From an uncultured virus (IMG/VR IMGVR_UViG_3300030329_003631) (taxonomy: Duplodnaviria; Heunggongvirae; Uroviricota; Caudoviricetes), in IMG/VR virus record IMGVR_UViG_3300030329_003631, positions 51,047-71,046 of that record: a stretch of 20,000 nt of DNA. One strand, written 5' to 3'. The position numbers and the translations under genes are program-made. Numbering within the stretch: the first letter of the stretch is position 1; the number at the start of each line of letters is the position of its first letter. Shown here piece after piece: positions 15,636 to 20,000 of the stretch. The notes below the pieces were generated by a model. It was not told the origin of the DNA. It saw only the letters and a program-made list of their open reading frames with translations, and searched no databases.

Positions 15636-17792
15636 TTAGTAATATTTTTTAGCAAGTTTTTTCATTGTATCATTCACTAGCTTTTCTATCTTTTCATAGC
15701 TAGTGGAATAATGTTTAAAAATATCTTCGTGTTCTTGCTTTCTTTCTTGTAATGAATCAGAGTCTTCTATGTATGTTTCTCCCATATATACTTCTGTCAT
15801 GTTACTATAAACATAGTCTGATTCCATGTAGTCCTCAGCACAGATTACTTCAACTGAGTCTTTTTTAGATATATAACTCTCCATATGTCTACTATAGACA
15901 GTATCCATGTAGTAACAGTTATCAGCATCACTCCATGTTGCTTCTTCTTCATGTACATCTGAGTCTATATCTTCACAGTAGACACACTCTTCTGAGAAAT
16001 AATAAGTGTCATGGTAGTCTGAATAGCAAGCGTCATCAGTGTGTATGTAACAGTCGTGATATTCACTCCAACAGCAGTCATCTGTGTGGTGTCTCTCTCC
16101 CAAGTATTCTAGATATACCGAATTCTCATCATCTTCCCAGCCACCACTTGTACATCTTAATTGCATACAGTCATAACTATCTACAATAGTAGATTCTCCT
16201 ATATATAAGGTATTGTCATATAAAAGGTAAAATGTGTCCATGTAAGGATAATAAGAGAAGCCAGTTTCTTGTAGTTTAATATACCACCTATCTGTTTTAG
16301 ATATGACATCATCTACTAATCTATCTCCAAATATATCTTTTGAGCCTTCAAATTTAGCGTGAAAGTAGTAATCATCATAACTTTGTCTGCCTTTTGTTGC
16401 ATACTTATTATCTACTGCCCAAGCAAGAAAAGCACTTCTTACATTCTCATAACAGTGATATATCCTATCCATTACATCTATCTCCCTGTCTAGTTCACTA
16501 TCATATACTTTCCATAGTATAGCTCTTCCCATTATTAGTTCTGTTTTAGTGTGTTTATATATTAACATCTTACAAACTTTTGGGTTTCGTGTATATATGT
16601 CAAAAAATTCTCCACAACTGTCATGTCTCATACAGCTTTCTGAAAGAGGTGAGCCATTTTCTGTTTCATAATAATTTTCTTTATGATAATACTCTCTTAT
16701 CTTATCTCCCTCTACAATTTCAAACTCTCCATCACAAGATTTATAGTAAGCGTGATAAAACTCTTCTATAGCATGATTCTGTATATGTACATTACAGAAC
16801 TCTGGTTTAAAAATCTTATTAAATAAAACAGAAGGCCTACACTTTAAGGCATATTTACTTCTGATTCTCTCATCAAAAGGACTAAATAATATGTCTCCTT
16901 CTGAGAGTGTTTCAAGTAACCTAGATAGTTTAAGTTGATCTGATAAGAGTTGTAAATCTAATGAGTAAAACATCACACTAAATAATTTACTTAGTCTCCA
17001 ATAACCTATTTTTCTATCTCCTTTAACAACATAGAAAAGATTAGCTCTTTCCTCTGCTCGTAGTAAATCCCAATGATTTATTAGAGTGTCATTAACCACT
17101 GCTCTTTCTCCCATTTGTTTTTTATGGTACTCTTTAAAAGGTTTTGAAGATAAGTATTCAACGTCTCCTGTCGCTCTTACAGTGTTTAGATAATGCACAG
17201 CATATATATTATACACATAAGTGTGTGAAGTATGTTCTTCTAGCTCTTTAGTTAAACCATAATCTACAATAGGTATATGAAATACAAGTTGTAAAGCATT
17301 AGCCGTACATAACTTATGTATATTTCTGTTTCTTTCATGACATCGAGATATCATACCTGTTAAGGAAGTACAGTCATCATAAGGAATATAATCACATAAA
17401 ACATCTACATCAATAGGTTGAGTGAGATACTTCTTAGTTATTCTACTAGGACTTATCACTTCTATTCCTGACTTCTCTTGCATACTTTTACTAAGATTTT
17501 TAACTGAATGAATAAAAAAGACAGCATATTGTAATGAGCTACATTGGTAGTCTGTCTCATCATAGGGAGTTACGTGTATAGCAAACACTCTGCCTCTCAT
17601 ATAATTATTATATATCCCTCTCTCTGTTTCATATTTGAATAACTCAGCTGGCTCATCATCTAGCTTATGTGCTGATTTTAAAACACTTATATCTTCTGAT
17701 ATATTCATTGAAAACTTTAAATAATTTGTAACTCTACTAAACTCTCCTGTAAATCTTATAATTTTAATATTTTTATTTAACACACTAATCAT
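15636..17792 (-). CDS. Large hypothetical phage protein with SCM/GRAxLW/DRIY/YPYMD domain and C-terminal 15-aa repeats
   Basis: SCMRH...GRAILW...MDRIY...YPYMDTF followed by about 6 Tyr/Cys/Asp-rich repeats. Confidence 0.75.
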   Translation of the reverse strand: MISVLNKNIKIIRFTGEFSRVTNYLKFSMNISEDISVLKSAHKLDDEPAELFKYETERGIYNNYMRGRVFAIHVTPYDETDYQCSSLQYAVFFIHSVKNLSKSMQEKSGIEVISPSRITKKYLTQPIDVDVLCDYIPYDDCTSLTGMISRCHERNRNIHKLCTANALQLVFHIPIVDYGLTKELEEHTSHTYVYNIYAVHYLNTVRATGDVEYLSSKPFKEYHKKQMGERAVVNDTLINHWDLLRAEERANLFYVVKGDRKIGYWRLSKLFSVMFYSLDLQLLSDQLKLSRLLETLSEGDILFSPFDERIRSKYALKCRPSVLFNKIFKPEFCNVHIQNHAIEEFYHAYYKSCDGEFEIVEGDKIREYYHKENYYETENGSPLSESCMRHDSCGEFFDIYTRNPKVCKMLIYKHTKTELIMGRAILWKVYDSELDREIDVMDRIYHCYENVRSAFLAWAVDNKYATKGRQSYDDYYFHAKFEGSKDIFGDRLVDDVISKTDRWYIKLQETGFSYYPYMDTFYLLYDNTLYIGESTIVDSYDCMQLRCTSGGWEDDENSVYLEYLGERHHTDDCCWSEYHDCYIHTDDACYSDYHDTYYFSEECVYCEDIDSDVHEEEATWSDADNCYYMDTVYSRHMESYISKKDSVEVICAEDYMESDYVYSNMTEVYMGETYIEDSDSLQERKQEHEDIFKHYSTSYEKIEKLVNDTMKKLAKKYY

Positions 17793-18349
17793 AACTCACC
17801 TTTTTCTTGTTTTGTGCATAAAGACTCCATAGCTTCATTGTTAAATAACCTTGCTTCTTGTAGTAGTAAATCAGTGAAGTCTGCTGTCATGTTACTATAT
17901 TTTGCTTTTAACTTCTCATAGCTGTCTTTACATACTAAATATGCACGCTTACCATTTATCACTTGGTCGTAAGGATAAGGATTGTCATCTGTTGGTGGTA
18001 ATACACATTTGTTTATGTCTTCTCTAAAATTATCTTTCATTTTTGATAATATTTTGTCTAAAACACCATTGTTATTTAATTCTACTAGACGTGCAGATAC
18101 CTCACTTAATGTAAGAGAGCATACTCTACTCCAAGCTACGCTATCCAAATAAACTCTAATTAAATTAGACAATTCAGATTCATGTTTACTTTTAATACTG
18201 TCTATCTCTTTCTTAACTTCTTCTGAAACATCTAATGCTTCTGTTAAGTCTAAGATAACTTGAAGAGAATCTTCAAATGTCCTGCTGATTCTGGTTGACT
18301 CCCACTTATCTTCAGGTGTAAATTCTTTTATTTCTGTTTTCATTTCCAT
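17789..18349 (-). CDS. Hypothetical helical protein
   Basis: 186 aa; ATGA overlap with the next gene. Confidence 0.7.
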   Translation of the reverse strand: MEMKTEIKEFTPEDKWESTRISRTFEDSLQVILDLTEALDVSEEVKKEIDSIKSKHESELSNLIRVYLDSVAWSRVCSLTLSEVSARLVELNNNGVLDKILSKMKDNFREDINKCVLPPTDDNPYPYDQVINGKRAYLVCKDSYEKLKAKYSNMTADFTDLLLQEARLFNNEAMESLCTKQEKGEL

Positions 18350-18367
18350 TGTTTTAATATGTTTTAG

Positions 18368-18454
18368 TTACAGCGTAAGAACTCTTAACACAAACAAGCC
18401 AACCAATAGTATAATTTTTACTATTGTTTCTACATCTTCAAACATCTCACGCAT
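18368..18454 (-). CDS. Micro membrane peptide (28 aa), not in ORF track
   Basis: MREMFEDVETIVKIILLVGLFVLRVLTL. Confidence 0.45.
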   Translation of the reverse strand: MREMFEDVETIVKIILLVGLFVLRVLTL

Positions 18455-18482
18455 AATTTATAATATATGTTAAACTACTCTA

Positions 18483-18692
18483 TCACTCACTATCACAAGT
18501 GAAATAAAGTGGAGAATTATCTCTATGATTGTAATAGTATGTTTTGTCATCTCTATTGAGAAGATACCTGTCTTTCCAATTCAGATATTCTTCCTTAACT
18601 TGTTTTGAGTGATGAGGACACAAGTATGTGATACCTTTCAAGAACGAAAGTGTTGTGTCTTTGTCGTTAGGATTACATTTAAAACATTTCAT
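18483..18692 (-). CDS. Small Zn-finger-like protein
   Basis: MKCFKC...LCPHH; start moved to ATG 18692. Confidence 0.55.
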   Translation of the reverse strand: MKCFKCNPNDKDTTLSFLKGITYLCPHHSKQVKEEYLNWKDRYLLNRDDKTYYYNHRDNSPLYFTCDSE

Positions 18693-18724
18693 AGTATTGT
18701 CATTCACTTTATCTAACACGAAAA

Positions 18725-19192
18725 GCAGATAGCTCATATGAGAGTATCTGCGTAGTAGTGAGATGAGAGAGAGTATAGGACAGGTGGAAGGTACAAGCGT
18801 TACGACTAAATAAAACAAGTATTAAGTCCTATATCTCTCTATCTCTTGTATTGCTTATTACGAAAAATAAGACAACAACAATAAGTGATTTAACTACTAA
18901 TGTTTCCATAACTTGTAGTGCAGGTAAGACTCGAACTTACATCTGGAGTGTTCACAGTTTTTTGTGATACCTAGTATCTCTCCCGTCCTAATTCCTTTAG
19001 ACGACTGCACCAAATAAGAGGGAGAAATATGATTCAGAGTTTTCAACGCGTGATATCTCCCTCTAATGTGATATGCTCTGGCTTCCCAGCCACTCATATC
19101 AAAATGCTAAAATATAATCATTAAGGCAAAAGAAAAATTAATGATTAGATAGTAGCATAAATAAAGAAAGCTAGACAATTTTGCCTAGCTTT
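18725..19192 (-). ncRNA. Cluster of structured non-coding stem-loops around the tRNA-like element
   Basis: Inverted repeats at 18725-18751, 18760-18845, 19017-19064, 19069-19101, 19104-19158 and 19167-19192. Confidence 0.55.
18916..19011 (-). tRNA. tRNA-like RNA / atypical or pseudo-tRNA, no assignable anticodon
   Basis: Acceptor GGTGCAG/CTGCACT, U8, D stem GTCT/GGAC with GG in the loop, T arm GTAAG-TTCGAGT-CTTAC, discriminator A then CAA. Anticodon stem GGAG/CTCC encloses 31 nt. Confidence 0.75.
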
Positions 19193-19244
19193 TAAAATAG
19201 TATGCTTTACGTTGCTAATTCAAAGAAATTAAAGAAACCAACTA

Positions 19245-19829
19245 TTAGAACAATTCATTTAATACATCTCTAGTATTTATAACTGAATCTTTGTTGTTTC
19301 CTTTCTCTCCAACTTCCTTAACCTTTGTAGGATTGAAATTTAAAATCAAATCTCTTAATTCTTCCCCCTTAACTTTTGCGTTAATCTTATCATTATCTGA
19401 ACAGATAATCAAACGCAAGTTTTCGGCTAAACCCTGAATAAGCATATTATTAGAATCTGACTTAATACCAATATAAGCCGAACTCTTTGCCCATTCTGAA
19501 CGTGGCGTTTCGTTCATAACCATTCTTCCATTATCTGATGGAACAAACTGCATAACTCCGTCATTCATTCCATACTCCTTTGTCCTTACTGATTGTATAA
19601 CTCCCTTTTCATTTCTGATAACTTCTTCTTTACACTTAACTCCCTTTGATGAGAAAGCAGGTATAAATGGAATAGTCATTTTGGCTATCTGCTTGTTATC
19701 ATTTTGAGGTGATGTTATACTAATTGATAATTGCAAAGGTATTGCTGTGACTTGTCTAACTGTGTCAAGTGTTTGCAATTCTTTGTTTGTTGTTGTTGTT
19801 GTTGCTTTGTCAATTACTTTCTTTTTCAT
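19245..19829 (-). CDS. Hypothetical protein
   Basis: Start moved to ATG 19829 (MKKKVIDKATTTTT), which has an A-rich leader. Confidence 0.7.
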   Translation of the reverse strand: MKKKVIDKATTTTTNKELQTLDTVRQVTAIPLQLSISITSPQNDNKQIAKMTIPFIPAFSSKGVKCKEEVIRNEKGVIQSVRTKEYGMNDGVMQFVPSDNGRMVMNETPRSEWAKSSAYIGIKSDSNNMLIQGLAENLRLIICSDNDKINAKVKGEELRDLILNFNPTKVKEVGEKGNNKDSVINTRDVLNELF

Positions 19830-19943
19830 AATAAAATACATATTAAAATTAAATAATAAGTGTTGTGTGTCTATCTTTTTATAAGACACTAACACCCTGT
19901 CTTGTGCAACGCAACGCATACCATTATTTCAATGAACTATGTT

Positions 19944-19984
19944 CAAATATAGGTATTTATAGCCGATTATACGCATTATCTTTG
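19944..19984. promoter_or_regulatory. Divergent Bacteroidota -7 boxes
   Basis: TATATTTG on minus (19944-19951) and TATCTTTG on plus (19977-19984); no clear -33 element. Confidence 0.4.
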
Positions 19985-20000
19985 CTTAATATACCCCTAG

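Noticed and set aside
4392..16771. Plus-strand ORFs inside the minus block (4392, 4546, 5423, 6196, 7715, 8807, 9036, 9496, 10806, 11517, 12160, 13962, 15935, 16580)
   Set aside because: Antisense shadows of longer, motif-bearing minus-strand genes, with F/L/S/I-biased composition.
18897..19097. 66-aa minus-strand ORF
   Set aside because: It overlaps the tRNA-like element and hairpins; probably spurious.
19124..19139. Loop GGCAAAAGAAAAATT resembling the EF-Tu start (AKEKF)
   Set aside because: It is preceded by AAG rather than ATG and is A-rich and low complexity; not supportable without a host genome.
18725..19192. CRISPR array or Cas4-associated mini-array
   Set aside because: The stems share no common direct repeat or regular spacing, and no cas1/cas2 is present.
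19786..19803. (GTT)n microsatellite as a phase-variation site
   Set aside because: In-frame trinucleotide run encoding poly-Thr; slippage would not shift the frame.
1..20000. Stop-codon reassignment or amber suppressor tRNA
   Set aside because: Long genes are intact in the standard code, TAG and TGA end genes at natural boundaries, and the CTA in the tRNA-like insert is not in a canonical anticodon loop.

Overview
AT-rich, densely coding 20 kb segment of a dsDNA (probably tailed) bacteriophage genome. The host is most likely Bacteroidota, judged from TTTG/TAnnTTTG promoters and A-rich start regions without Shine-Dalgarno motifs. Bases 1-3469 (+ strand) hold small hypothetical and possibly virion genes, including a tandem paralog pair, and a calcineurin-like metallophosphoesterase. 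Bases 3462-19829 (- strand) hold a replication/recombination and probably early region: DUF3310, SSB-like, HTH, RusA-like resolvase, AEP primase-SF4 helicase, DnaA domain-IV-like protein, NinB-like, PD-(D/E)XK exonuclease, DnaJ-type Zn-finger protein, M20/M28 peptidase and a 718-aa protein with 15-aa repeats. The most unusual element is a non-coding stretch at about 18720-19195. It is made of back-to-back stem-loops surrounding a tRNA-like RNA whose anticodon loop is replaced by a 31-nt insert that can form two hairpins. A 10-N scaffold gap at 8567-8576 probably fuses two separate genes in the ORF track. All protein calls come from motif recognition by eye; no searches were run.
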